Part shown: positions 48,601 to 56,998 of the stretch, one piece after another
Position numbering within the stretch: position 1 is the first letter of the stretch
How the letters are laid out: every line of letters begins with the position of its first letter
Sequence record: MW749009.1
Reading direction: 5' to 3' (one strand)
DNA: 60,862 nt
Source of the DNA: Bacillus phage vB_BspP_Dartukuta
Position numbers and translations under genes: made by a program
The notes under the pieces: generated by a model
Databases searched by the model: none
Told to the model about the DNA's origin: nothing
What the model saw: only the letters and a program-made list of their open reading frames with translations

Positions 48601-51600
48601 CGGTAAAAGCAATGAAATGTATGCCTCAGACAATCGAGCTCACGCGACAGTCAGACCTGAAATGGCAAAGGCTTATCGTGATATTGCAAGCGCAGTAAGC
48701 CGAACCAAGCTGAAGTTTCGTTCAGACAAGCTCGATAGAATGCGCACAAAACCATACTGGGGTACCGGTATAGAAATGACTGCGCGATCTTTCGAGAGCT
48801 ACGTTATTGAGAAGCTGCGTGATAGCGAGTTATCTAATGATTATTTAGCCAATATTGTTGGCGAAGATTACTGGAATGCTGCGGCAGCACTGGGCATTGA
48901 AAAGGATGGTACTTATCCGTATCCAGAGGCGGCTGAGATACCGGAAATCCGCGCTGCGTATGATAACTTTTTTAACACTCTAGAAACAAAGGAGGGTGAA
49001 GATGGCAATGTCCTGCTTTTTAGCTTTGCAGGCAAGACTGCTCGTGGCGCTGATCTTATGGCGCTGGATCAGGCTCAGTTGCGCATTGCTTCTGGTGACA
49101 ACGCCGAGACTGTACGCCAAGAAACAGGTTGGCACCGTGGCGATGATGGAAAGTGGCGCTTTGAGATCAGCGATGATCAAGCCAAGCTGCGCGTAGCTGG
49201 TAAAAATGCAGGTGAGCTTATTGACTCAGCCGCGCTTGACGCGATCACCGGTGGCCGCAAGTTCCCAGTGACTTCTGACCTGATCGACCACGCTCAACTA
49301 TTTGTTGCCTATCCTAAACTAAGCAATATCAAAGTAGAGAAAATGCCAGAAGGCGGTACCGCTCTAGCGCGATTAAAGCGCAGAGCTACAGGCTTCACTA
49401 TCCAGTTGCGCGATAACTTGCCACGCGAGAAAGTGGCGTCTGCAATCTTGCATGAGCTACAGCACGGCATTCAGGTTTACGAAGGCTTTGCCGTAGGCGG
49501 CTCTAAGAATATGGTCTTCAGTGATCTTGATATGAGTGGAGCCAAGGCGTATCGCGCACTTGCCGGTGAAGTGGAAGCGAGAAATACCCAAACACGCCAC
49601 TCTATGACGCCAGCTTTGCGCCGCAACATTGCGCCTGAGCTGACTCAGGACACGCCAAGTGCAGACGTGATCGTCACGTTCAACGGTAAGGACATTACCA
49701 ACAAGGCAATTCCTAATAACGTCAATAACGCGCCGATAACTGATGCCTCGCTGGTGCGAGCGTTCGATGTACAGTTCCCTCGGTTAACTAAAGCTGTGCG
49801 CACCATGCTTGCCCGTGGTAATAAGGGCGAGCGTGGTGGTGTGGTCGTGATTGATAGCGCTGATCCATTGATGATTGCCCGTGCGTTCGCCAAGAAAACA
49901 GGCAAGCCAATATCGCAGTCGGTGCAAATGTTCTCAGACGCTGGTGTGATCAATGGCTTCTTTGATCCTAAGTCTGGCCTTACCTTCCTTGTTGGTCCGA
50001 ACTTGAATCCAGTCACCGGCACAGCTGTTTTGCTTCACGAAATGATCCACGGTCAACAGCGCCAGAAGATCGACAAGGCCGCACTTGCCATGCTGATGAA
50101 TCGCGGCAAAGAGAAAAACGCAGAAACACGAGCGTTCCTTGATCGCGTAGCTGCTCGCATGGATGATGCTGGCGAAACAGCGAACGCACAAGAGGCAGGC
50201 GCTTACATTGTTGAGCAGGCCGTAATGGAAGGTAAGAGCGCTGGTTATGGCACTGCAGACAGCCGATTCCTTTCATGGGTAGACCAACATATTGGTAAGA
50301 CGGTAGGTGACTTCTTACGCTCGTTCATCGGTAATTTGCGCAGCTGGGCGCTGCGTAACGGCTTGCCTATTGGTCCGATTACTGTGGACGATCTTGTTAG
50401 CTACGCAATGGCAGGTATGAAGCAGGCTGGTCGCGGTAATGTTGATGGCGGTGCCGCTGGGTTCAGTCGTGACGCAACAGCTAGCCTAGAGGATGCTCTA
50501 GCGAAACTTGATGCGCTCGGCCTGAAGCATCGGATCAGCGAGCGCAACGATGTTATTACTGTGAGCAAGATTGAGGTGCCCGAGGGCGCTAGAGGTCAGG
50601 GCGCTGGATCATCGGCAATGCAAGCCCTGATCGACTACGCGGACGCCACTGGTAAGCACATTGCTTTAACACCAACAGCCGATTTTGGTGGTAACAAAGC
50701 AAGGCTTAAGGAGTTCTATCAGCGCTTTGGATTCAAGGAAAATAAGGGTAAAAACAAAGTTTACGAAGTCTCAGAAGGAATGGTTCGCGAAAATCCGAAT
50801 GGGCGCACCCTATATTCAAAGGGCATCACTGAAGATCTAGCAGAAGGCCAGCGGCAGTTTGCACAAACAGAAAATGCTTACGGTGGTCGTGCAGCCTACG
50901 ATCAGGCAAAATCAGAGGGCAAGACCAAGCTGAACTATCAGCAGTGGGTGCAGGTACGTACGCCTGCTTTTAAAAACTGGTTTGGGGATTGGGAAAATGA
51001 ATCAGAAAGAGTTGAGCGAAAAACAGAAAGAGTTCAGGAGGTGGCTGGACGAAACACTGCCAAACCCAACGCCAGAGCAACTCAGCCAGCTGGACGAGCG
51101 TGGCGACTGGATCCAGAAACCGGAGAGCCAAGAATCTTCTATCACGGAACCAAAGACAGCTTCACCGTCTTCGACCTAGATCACCAGAACAGAAAGGATC
51201 ACGGCTGGTTAGGTACAGGTATTTACACTGGAAGCGATAAACTTTTAGCAGAGTCATACGCAAGGCTGAAAGATGGCTCAGGTGAGCCGCGAGTTATGGA
51301 GTTTTTTGCAAATGTAAGGAACCCATATAAGGCTACTATAGAAGATAAGCAGCGGGGAAGATTTGCTGATAGAGCTTACGCCGACAGAGTTACAGAAAAG
51401 TTAAAAGAAGCTGGATACGACGGTGTAGTACTTCCGTTCGCAGATGGCAGTGTCGAGCTGGTGGCGTTTGATAAGCCGCAGATCAAATCAGCCACCGGCA
51501 ACGTCGGTACGTTTAGTGCAGACAATGATGATATACGATTTAGCTTTGCCGGCCAAAGGTCAGGAACAGCCGACCACTACTCATTAGGGTCAGCGCAGCA

Positions 51601-54600
51601 GCGCATTGAATCCGGCGAAAATGCAGAAGCGGTGCGTCAAGACACGGGCTGGCACAAAGGCATTGATGGCAAGTGGCGCTACGAAATTAGCGACCATGAC
51701 GCAAAACTACGCAAGCCATTTCCATCTAAGGGCCAGCTTTGGGGTGGAGTTTACGAAAGTGTCAACCAGTCCAAGGTGCAAAGAGGCGAGGGATACGGTA
51801 TCAGCCTAGGCGAAATACTGGATCACCCTGCACTATTTGCGGCATACCCGCATCTTGCAAGCCTATCTGTAAGCACGCAAAAGGGTAGCGGTGCGTCATA
51901 CGAGTCCGGCAGCCCTTCCAGTCCGGCATCTATCAGTATCGGCACCGATGTGCCAATGTATGACGTGCCAAGCAAGCTGCTGCACGAAATCCAGCACGGC
52001 ATTCAGAATATTGAAGGGTTTGCGCGTGGCGGCACTTTAGAAACGGGCGCTGGTTTGAGCAACCTTCATGCTCTACTTGAAAAGCAGAAGAATGAATTTG
52101 AAAACGAGCACGGGTTCAACGACTGGATTTTTGAACTAATACTGGAGCAGCCAAAACGACATAAAGCCTTGATGGACGAGGGCGCAAAAGATGGGTATTC
52201 ACTCCGTTCGCTATATCAGTCTTTTGCTAGTGAGAAGCTATCAGAAGAAGATCGCGGATATTTCGTATCGAGGATGCTGGGTTATGAAGATAAACTAAGA
52301 AAAGTCGCGCTTTCAAAGCACATAACTCCGAGCGAGTTCTATCAACGATTAGCAGGCGAAGTTGAAGCCCGCAACACCCAGATCCGCCATAAGATGACGG
52401 CTGAACAGCGCAAAAGCACACCGCCAAGCGCAACGCAAGATGTATCCGATGCCGATGCCATTGTCATGTTCAACGGAACGGAAATGCACAACGCGCCCGC
52501 ACCGGCAAACACCGGCACAAGCGACATTCGCTTCAGCCGCTCAGCTAACCCAGCTTCAATAAGCGCGGCACCAAACGGAATGGCAGCTTGGGATAGCCCT
52601 TCGGCATCGAAGTTCGATGACTTTGTTTACAAGATGCAAGATAAGCACGTTGATACAAAGCGCGTGATTGAAGCTATCCGCGACACAGGTAAGGCAATCA
52701 GCGATGACCTAGACGTATACCTGCAAGAAACATTGTTTCATGGGCGAGCAGCTAAGCGCACGCAAGACTTCTTAAACAAGGAAGTAAACCCGCTTATTGA
52801 GTACATGCAAAGCGCCAAGGTTGAAATGAGCGATCTTGAAGAGTTCTTGCACGCACGACACGCACAGGAAGCTAACGCGCTGATTGCTAAGCGCGATCCT
52901 AATATGCCTGATGGTGGGTCAGGTATGACAAACGCTGAGGCCGCAAAATACCTTAATTCGCTAAATGGCGTTCGACGTAAGCAATTAGAGAACGCTGCAA
53001 AGTTTGTCGATAAGATTATCGGTGGAACACGAGAAACCATTGTTAGCTATGGCCTTGAAAGCCAAGAAACGGTTGATGGCTGGACAGCCGGATTCAAGCA
53101 TTACATTCCGCTGCAGCGTGAAGATAAAGACGGCCAGATGGGTATTGGCCAAGGCTTCAGCGTTAAAGGAAAAGAGACTAAAGGACGCACAGGCTCAACA
53201 CGTAAGGTTGTTGATATTCTGGCCAACGTGATGATGCAGCGTGAGCGCGCCATTGTTCGTGGTGAGAAAAACCGAGTAGCAGTTGCATTGCTAGGACTCG
53301 CTAAAGATAACCCGCTACCTGAGTTCTGGCAGGTTGATAAAGTTCCGACAACACGGGTGCTTGATAAAGTAACAGGCTTGGTACGCAACCAAGCGGACCC
53401 TATGTACAAGAGTAGAGACAACGCTATTGTAGCTAAGGTAAACGGCCAAGAGCATGCGATCCTGATGAACGAAGACGACCCACGCGCAATGCGCATGGCC
53501 GAGGCTTTAAAGAATCTTGATGCGGCACATCTGGAAGGGTTGTTAGGTGCTACAGCCACTGCGACACGATACTTTGCAGCAGTGAATACGCAGTACAACC
53601 CGATATTTGGCGTAACAAACTTTGTTCGCGATATTCAAGAAGCCATGCTTCACTTACAAAGCACGCCACTAGCAGGGCAGCAGTCGCGCTTGTTCAAAAA
53701 TACATTCACCGCAGTTGGCGCGGTAATGAAAGCAGAGCGCGACGGCAGAAAAGGAAATAATGCAACAGGGAAGTGGGGCGTTTTATGGGAAGACTTTCAG
53801 AATACCGGTGGGCAGACTGGCTTCAGGGATCAGTTCAGCAATAGCGCAGATCGCGGCAAAGAGATCCAGCGAGCTTTAACACCGGATGGCTGGGCGGAAA
53901 CAGGCTTAGGCAAGTTCTTTACCGCCAATGGAGCACTTAAAGCACCGCTCGAAGTAGTGCGCAAAAAAGCGGCATGGCTGTTTGATCTGCTATCTGATTA
54001 CAACACGGCAATGGAAAACGGCGTGCGATTATCTGCTTATGAGACTGGGATTAACGCTGGCATGAGCAAAGAGCAGGCGGCAGCACTGGCCAAGGGATTG
54101 ACCGTTAACTTTAATCGAAAAGGCCAAGTTACCCAGCAAGTCGGCGCGCTCTATGCGTTCTTCAATGCGAGCGTGCAAGGTACTGCTCGATTAGGTCAGT
54201 CGCTGTTTGATATGGATGCTGGCAAGCCTAAAACGCTACGCCTATCGTCTCTAGGGAAGAAAATCGTATCAGGCGGCGTTATGCTGGGCGCGTCTCAGGC
54301 TGTACTGCTAGCGATGGCTGGCTTTGATGATGAAGAGCCGCCTGAGTTTATCCGTGAGCGCAACATCATCATACCGACGGGCGGAAAAACCTATATCAGC
54401 ATACCAATGCCGCTTGGCTATCACGTTATCGCAAACCTTGGCCGTATACCGATGGAGTTTGTTCTTGGTGGTGGAAAAGATGGCGCTAAGCACCTGTTTA
54501 ACCTAATGGACGTAATGGCAGACATTTACAATCCAATCGGTAACTCAGGCTTATCCATGCAAACAATCGCGCCTACTGTGCTCGATCCGCTTGCTGGCCT

Positions 54601-55228
54601 TGCAGAGAATAAAGACTTCTCAGGTCGTGCGATTGCAAAAGAAAGCTTTAACCGCCAGACGCCAGGTCATGCGCTCGCAAGAGATACGGCATCACTGCCG
54701 GCAACATGGCTGGCTGAATTAGTCAACTATGCAACAGGCGGAACTGAGTTTACCCGTGGCGAGTTATCACCAACACCTGATCAAATTGATTACCTTGTTG
54801 GTCAGCTAACCGGTGGTGTAGGCCGAGAAACCACTAAGTTTATGAAGTCGATTCAGGCGACTGCCACCGGTGATGATTTGCCTTGGCACAACATTCCGTT
54901 AGTCGGCAGGTTTTTTGGTGACGCAGACAGCGACGGAGCCAAGCAGTCAGCCTTTTACAACAGCATGGACAAGGTGCGTAAGCATGCTGAGGAAGTGAAA
55001 GGTTTGCGCGCCTCAGGAAGATCAGGCGAGGCAGTCGAGTACGCCAACAAGCACCCTCATGCCAAGCTTCATCTAGCAGCCAGAGCAGCAGAAAAGCAAG
55101 TGAAGGATATGCGCGATCGTAAGCGTGATCTTGAGCAGGCAGGCGCGCCACGGGAAGAAATACGCGCACTAGAGAAGCGGATGGTTGAGCGCATGGAGCA
55201 ATTTGTTGAGCTGGCCAAGGCGCAGTAA
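42617..55228 (+). CDS. Giant multidomain (polyvalent-type) protein, 4203 aa
   Basis: Single uninterrupted ORF. By eye: Gly-rich hydrophobic segment (aa ~145-215), pyrophosphatase-like DYGYIKRTKGADGDHVDVFIG (~aa 1505), HExxH sites at aa ~1980, 2279, 2474 and 3123, a duplicated ~200-aa module (GWHRGDDGKWRFEISD / GWHKGIDGKWRYEISD), GNAT-like RGQGAGS...FYQRFGF (~aa 2660), ART-like YHGT...GIYTG...VELVAF (~aa 2840-2950), hydrophobic C-terminal region. Confidence 0.7.
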   Translation: MSFEVDLDSAVLEGDYYGDDTRVKPESSSSGFSPEAGPAKQPAPFSVDLESAELDEKANQGFIGTLADGAKSAGRAISSTYNTYTGDGQAVVDNAKAQELANEDKSQDIKNFQSDWAANTGAGTDDEVGLWGAIKGTGKAIIDNPRGAALSVVEQFPNSVPALAAGWAGAKGGAMAGGAVGSAFGGVGAGPGALIGGAAGFVGGMFLGNTLTETGHKAQEYAADGEFTPDEQSAAITEGAKKAGVITAVDALTFAVGGKVSGYYRKTAESTVEAATRKTLLDAGVDISDTAALTAARGSPQIASQVVEAQKNAAKIADNLRKRAGEAGALLTMETVGEGLGEYLGELAATGQASVAEAVLESFLSLGQSGVQSMFNFAKARERSLTDQEWIDASNGIAPEGMAPEQMPVADGIWDKPTPEAKIDMGQMQGGGVTPTPVFDPQDIDRNLAPTPSQQMGINPDAGPLSAAAAQSVDSGLFTGGFTPQAGINQSALEREGVTPPPVLDTDQIDRNLGSIDPLTGEYMPAPEQLGQSSQAGGAGNYEYDQWGNLSSVDGRTVDGYGQNQPRLGFNSKAERSTAPLYEVGPDGVARPSSGEAARSRKERIDLSSLKGRQQTQAQKQPAAMPEQRSPEQQAQSIWDSMNTFERNAAAANVLGMRGVPAKNAATKAWDKLSSEQQAKLVTGLESQQGKRWIDPNQKVTDQTGPVLQNRDRTSQDSINQMRSISNNPDYSRLKTSGFLSDGAPVVVDENIQIPASQMGVTDTASAGNERFNVQYAVVEADQLMTSNSIDGTTNAEYQTGAAGKARAIAGNGRITGLQSAWAKGNASQYKADMAADRMHGIDPAVIEGMRNPVLVRLLPQDQVTDNIGDLSNRDEKGRLSPVEQAKTDMGRIDLDSLKFTAEGAIGGEAIHQFRMAQPAAERVSEAEARKRLTSAVFQKAYGNDQLTEIQSGESDDAKSILSALAQAAPSMSRLEGAGEFDIRPLITQAGIAAVNAARRGTKLADYVQQSEMGIDPMVYPILEMMLNENGNIRSSKYIGEQLTNMAKLAYDEANSPSSDMFGEKPKRTAEQVIQDALTGVQGYGQINDGRGQESLGQRGRSEPDAQMVEGPEGGRERPADTRQTAPTQPEAEQEQPAAVESNAPETWRSNYIQAAKIAREKGINPKQHKKLADLVEAIDASNTKPEAQTQLTAQQKQASGSVDGAKVHLNNSIDLTSALAAIARGAQLSTEPNGDVILSGTKIITLPKPPTSIDEVIAPLATALLEQMRADGVSMPGNPADMTRDQFAIAYHFANIIPEFEISGADIGGVVQGSSRGLTVDSDKLYDKIIEQAKEQAKPALELNQQTEESLAKDAKRLEQLQKEEAAQKVAQKAAERKQRERDADKARADEVVDDFQLGQSAEEVMSGMGDIFATESKPADKGIASQADDSHVTVVDNQYNPNPTEAQKQAGNYKKAHVKFQGLDITVENPVGSVRSGVDPDGNTWSNTIKHDYGYIKRTKGADGDHVDVFIGKDTESDKVFVIDQPHKNGKFDEHKIMLGFKDQTQAVEAYKGNYQKDWKVGSVTEMTVGEFKQWLSNGDTTKPVEPVAKPAAQTKPSQAIEDFGERLEGARKDYASKLSDAKEVDIATEPLSKSWPEPNYQKLIDGGMPLETASIVRAIRDEIPVKPRASWRLKGWVRQVSEMRDLALNLMGETATAKVIVEQIKSNKSLSDIVNRADLYSAVGHDKSLKDISLKQSSYSLIDGVKYSPPKELWTVERPIKSSVISNMPRRIATAETREQAIAKFKNAYATLDESKRVKNKAVEFGVYTDRTTKDVFIGRKVGKSIARVKTGFETAKDAIAHLKENYAALEERFNKMKDTPDHRKAENSPRVGVDHRNGADVTPEQFSDTFGFRGVQFGNYVEQGRRQQDLNEAYDALMDMAGVLGIPAKSLSLNGELGLAFGARGKGGKQAAKAHYEPDQIVINLTKKNGAGSLAHEWWHALDNYFGRERGGKSNEMYASDNRAHATVRPEMAKAYRDIASAVSRTKLKFRSDKLDRMRTKPYWGTGIEMTARSFESYVIEKLRDSELSNDYLANIVGEDYWNAAAALGIEKDGTYPYPEAAEIPEIRAAYDNFFNTLETKEGEDGNVLLFSFAGKTARGADLMALDQAQLRIASGDNAETVRQETGWHRGDDGKWRFEISDDQAKLRVAGKNAGELIDSAALDAITGGRKFPVTSDLIDHAQLFVAYPKLSNIKVEKMPEGGTALARLKRRATGFTIQLRDNLPREKVASAILHELQHGIQVYEGFAVGGSKNMVFSDLDMSGAKAYRALAGEVEARNTQTRHSMTPALRRNIAPELTQDTPSADVIVTFNGKDITNKAIPNNVNNAPITDASLVRAFDVQFPRLTKAVRTMLARGNKGERGGVVVIDSADPLMIARAFAKKTGKPISQSVQMFSDAGVINGFFDPKSGLTFLVGPNLNPVTGTAVLLHEMIHGQQRQKIDKAALAMLMNRGKEKNAETRAFLDRVAARMDDAGETANAQEAGAYIVEQAVMEGKSAGYGTADSRFLSWVDQHIGKTVGDFLRSFIGNLRSWALRNGLPIGPITVDDLVSYAMAGMKQAGRGNVDGGAAGFSRDATASLEDALAKLDALGLKHRISERNDVITVSKIEVPEGARGQGAGSSAMQALIDYADATGKHIALTPTADFGGNKARLKEFYQRFGFKENKGKNKVYEVSEGMVRENPNGRTLYSKGITEDLAEGQRQFAQTENAYGGRAAYDQAKSEGKTKLNYQQWVQVRTPAFKNWFGDWENESERVERKTERVQEVAGRNTAKPNARATQPAGRAWRLDPETGEPRIFYHGTKDSFTVFDLDHQNRKDHGWLGTGIYTGSDKLLAESYARLKDGSGEPRVMEFFANVRNPYKATIEDKQRGRFADRAYADRVTEKLKEAGYDGVVLPFADGSVELVAFDKPQIKSATGNVGTFSADNDDIRFSFAGQRSGTADHYSLGSAQQRIESGENAEAVRQDTGWHKGIDGKWRYEISDHDAKLRKPFPSKGQLWGGVYESVNQSKVQRGEGYGISLGEILDHPALFAAYPHLASLSVSTQKGSGASYESGSPSSPASISIGTDVPMYDVPSKLLHEIQHGIQNIEGFARGGTLETGAGLSNLHALLEKQKNEFENEHGFNDWIFELILEQPKRHKALMDEGAKDGYSLRSLYQSFASEKLSEEDRGYFVSRMLGYEDKLRKVALSKHITPSEFYQRLAGEVEARNTQIRHKMTAEQRKSTPPSATQDVSDADAIVMFNGTEMHNAPAPANTGTSDIRFSRSANPASISAAPNGMAAWDSPSASKFDDFVYKMQDKHVDTKRVIEAIRDTGKAISDDLDVYLQETLFHGRAAKRTQDFLNKEVNPLIEYMQSAKVEMSDLEEFLHARHAQEANALIAKRDPNMPDGGSGMTNAEAAKYLNSLNGVRRKQLENAAKFVDKIIGGTRETIVSYGLESQETVDGWTAGFKHYIPLQREDKDGQMGIGQGFSVKGKETKGRTGSTRKVVDILANVMMQRERAIVRGEKNRVAVALLGLAKDNPLPEFWQVDKVPTTRVLDKVTGLVRNQADPMYKSRDNAIVAKVNGQEHAILMNEDDPRAMRMAEALKNLDAAHLEGLLGATATATRYFAAVNTQYNPIFGVTNFVRDIQEAMLHLQSTPLAGQQSRLFKNTFTAVGAVMKAERDGRKGNNATGKWGVLWEDFQNTGGQTGFRDQFSNSADRGKEIQRALTPDGWAETGLGKFFTANGALKAPLEVVRKKAAWLFDLLSDYNTAMENGVRLSAYETGINAGMSKEQAAALAKGLTVNFNRKGQVTQQVGALYAFFNASVQGTARLGQSLFDMDAGKPKTLRLSSLGKKIVSGGVMLGASQAVLLAMAGFDDEEPPEFIRERNIIIPTGGKTYISIPMPLGYHVIANLGRIPMEFVLGGGKDGAKHLFNLMDVMADIYNPIGNSGLSMQTIAPTVLDPLAGLAENKDFSGRAIAKESFNRQTPGHALARDTASLPATWLAELVNYATGGTEFTRGELSPTPDQIDYLVGQLTGGVGRETTKFMKSIQATATGDDLPWHNIPLVGRFFGDADSDGAKQSAFYNSMDKVRKHAEEVKGLRASGRSGEAVEYANKHPHAKLHLAARAAEKQVKDMRDRKRDLEQAGAPREEIRALEKRMVERMEQFVELAKAQ

Positions 55229-55237
55229 CATTTTGAT

Positions 55238-55274
55238 CGCCTCGCCCTCAGCAATGAAGGCGAGGTTTAATGTT
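55238..55274. terminator. Stem-loop terminator between the convergent giant gene and antirepressor
   Basis: CCTCGCC (55240..55246), 12-nt loop, GGCGAGG (55259..55265), then TTTAATGTT. Confidence 0.45.
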
Positions 55275-55301
55275 AAGTTACGCCTGAAAATGCACAGCTG
55301 C

Positions 55302-56174
55302 TTACTGCCCTACACAGCTGTAATGATTAATCCGAAGCTTGCGCTGGTAGTCGTCTAAGGCTTGCGCGTAGGTTTTGACTAGCTGGTTTGCATGGCGGTT
55401 ACCATCCAGAATATGGTCAATCATTTCAATGCCAGCACGTGAGCCTAGGGCTTTCAGTGATTCATACATATTGTACTTGTTAAAAATATCGTACAGATGA
55501 TTCATGTGATTGCTCAGCAGGTAAACCTTATACAGGTCGTCTTCGGTCATGACGCCGTTAGGTTCCTCTTTGCCAAGAAACTCACCCTCAAGAGTTATGC
55601 GAGCCACTAAGCTGACTGCATCACTAAATTGGTCTGACTCAATCTCTTTGTATGAGCAACCAAACTTGGATTTGAGTGCTGACCAGCAAGTGATGGCTGC
55701 TTTGGCCTGTTTGCTTGGTGGCAGAGTTTCAACACGGGACTTTACTAAATCTTTGATGATGGATTGCTGCTCGATGGTGAGTGGAGTTCGGAGTGTTTTT
55801 TGAGCACGATGGTTAACAGCTTCGCCTTGCTGCCAGTAGTTGGCCAAGACCTGATAGCACTCACGCTTGTACTGAATCAGCGCAGGCCGGATCTCTTCGC
55901 GACAACGGCTCACATCAATGCCGAACAGCCAGCCGTTTAGGTATTCGAGTGGGAGACAGAGAAGTTCACGCTGTTTATTATCTTCGGCAACTGTATTCAT
56001 CATGAATACGGTTGAGCCTAAAACCTCGTCACGCATGATTCGGTTACGCTGTGAGCCCCACGCCAAACCGATGCCTTCGCAAACTGGACGCATAGCAACG
56101 AGCTGCTGATTATTATGGGTTATGACAGTAAGAGTGTGGTTGTGAAACTGGACTGAAGCAACTTGAGTTTTCAT
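55302..56174 (-). CDS. Phage antirepressor (Ant-like N-terminal domain)
   Basis: ORF track 55302..56183 begins on GTG; ATG at 56174. N-terminus VQFHNHTLTVITHNNQQLVAMRPVCEGIGLAWGSQ resembles the P22 Ant N-terminal domain (from memory). Confidence 0.6.
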   Translation of the reverse strand: MKTQVASVQFHNHTLTVITHNNQQLVAMRPVCEGIGLAWGSQRNRIMRDEVLGSTVFMMNTVAEDNKQRELLCLPLEYLNGWLFGIDVSRCREEIRPALIQYKRECYQVLANYWQQGEAVNHRAQKTLRTPLTIEQQSIIKDLVKSRVETLPPSKQAKAAITCWSALKSKFGCSYKEIESDQFSDAVSLVARITLEGEFLGKEEPNGVMTEDDLYKVYLLSNHMNHLYDIFNKYNMYESLKALGSRAGIEMIDHILDGNRHANQLVKTYAQALDDYQRKLRINHYSCVGQ

Positions 56175-56194
56175 AGTGAGCACCTTTCAGATTT

Positions 56195-56420
56195 GAGAGG
56201 TTCACCACCGAAGCGACCAAGCAAGGGTGGCGAACTGTACGCAGGTTGGTCGACCGGGCGAAAGGACCCCGGCACACCCGAAGGTGTCCCACGCACAGCC
56301 CGCCATAACGCGGGCACAAAAAAACCGCTGATGCGGCGTTGTGCGCCTTTCAAGTTCCGGGCGACCAAACCCGTATCGCTGAATTTGCAGCGACGCGGGA
56401 AAGGTAGCCTGAAAATAGCA
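56195..56420. ncRNA. GC-rich structured non-coding region; candidate regulatory RNA upstream of ant
   Basis: Several short GC stems with 4-nt loops (CCGGG..CCCGG, ACACC-CGAA-GGTGT, GCCCGC-cataac-GCGGGC); only short overlapping ORFs in several frames on both strands; GC visibly higher than the flanks. Strand and family undetermined. Confidence 0.3.
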
Positions 56421-56523
56421 AAGCGTCAAATAGAAAGTGATTTTATGTATTAAGTGGCTTACTTGACTAGAAGTGATGGCGTGCTAACTTAACTAATTCT
56501 TATGTTCAAAGGATGGAATCATC

Positions 56524-56886
56524 GTGGTAAACACTAAAGCGCTTGTATGCGCAGCAATTATGTCTACAGGGTTATTATTACCAGCCACTGGTAGTGCCTA
56601 TACAGGTAATGATTTAGATATGTGGTTATCTTCACATGCTAGGGTAGTTAGTGGTACAGGAAATGCTAAGGACTTAGAAAACTTAGATTTTCTTACGGGG
56701 TATGTGGCTGGCACGTATGACGCACTTGATGTGACAGGGAATCTGTGCGCGCCAAATAATGTGACTTTATCTCAGATGATAGCGGCGGTGAGTAAAGAGC
56801 ATAAGAACAGCCCTGAAAAGTGGACTGAAAATGCTCGCGGTATTGTGATTGTCGGCTTGGTCAGATCTTTCCCCTGTGGTAAATGA
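56524..56886 (+). CDS. Secreted hypothetical protein (120 aa) with N-terminal signal peptide
   Basis: GTG start with AAGGA upstream; hydrophobic N-terminus ALVCAAIMSTGLLLPATGSA, then Cys-containing mature region. Confidence 0.5.
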   Translation: MVNTKALVCAAIMSTGLLLPATGSAYTGNDLDMWLSSHARVVSGTGNAKDLENLDFLTGYVAGTYDALDVTGNLCAPNNVTLSQMIAAVSKEHKNSPEKWTENARGIVIVGLVRSFPCGK

Positions 56887-56998
56887 TGCTTACTGAAGCG
56901 GTTTACTCACTGGCATGGCTCTGTGAGAAATGCTCTGAAAACCTTAGAGTTCAGACTTGAGTTGAGCTCTAAGGCTAAAGCGAACAGCATTTGTTTGC

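Noticed and set aside
42664-55254. Numerous 60-165-aa antisense or out-of-frame ORFs inside the giant gene (e.g. 42907..43392, 46492..46890, 53101..53598)
   Set aside because: They lie wholly within a long uninterrupted ORF with recognisable domains; regarded as shadow ORFs.
56113-56453. Four overlapping 65-96-aa ORFs on both strands upstream of ant
   Set aside because: Overlapping frames on both strands in a GC-rich stretch are typical of chance ORFs in structured non-coding DNA; treated as an RNA candidate instead.
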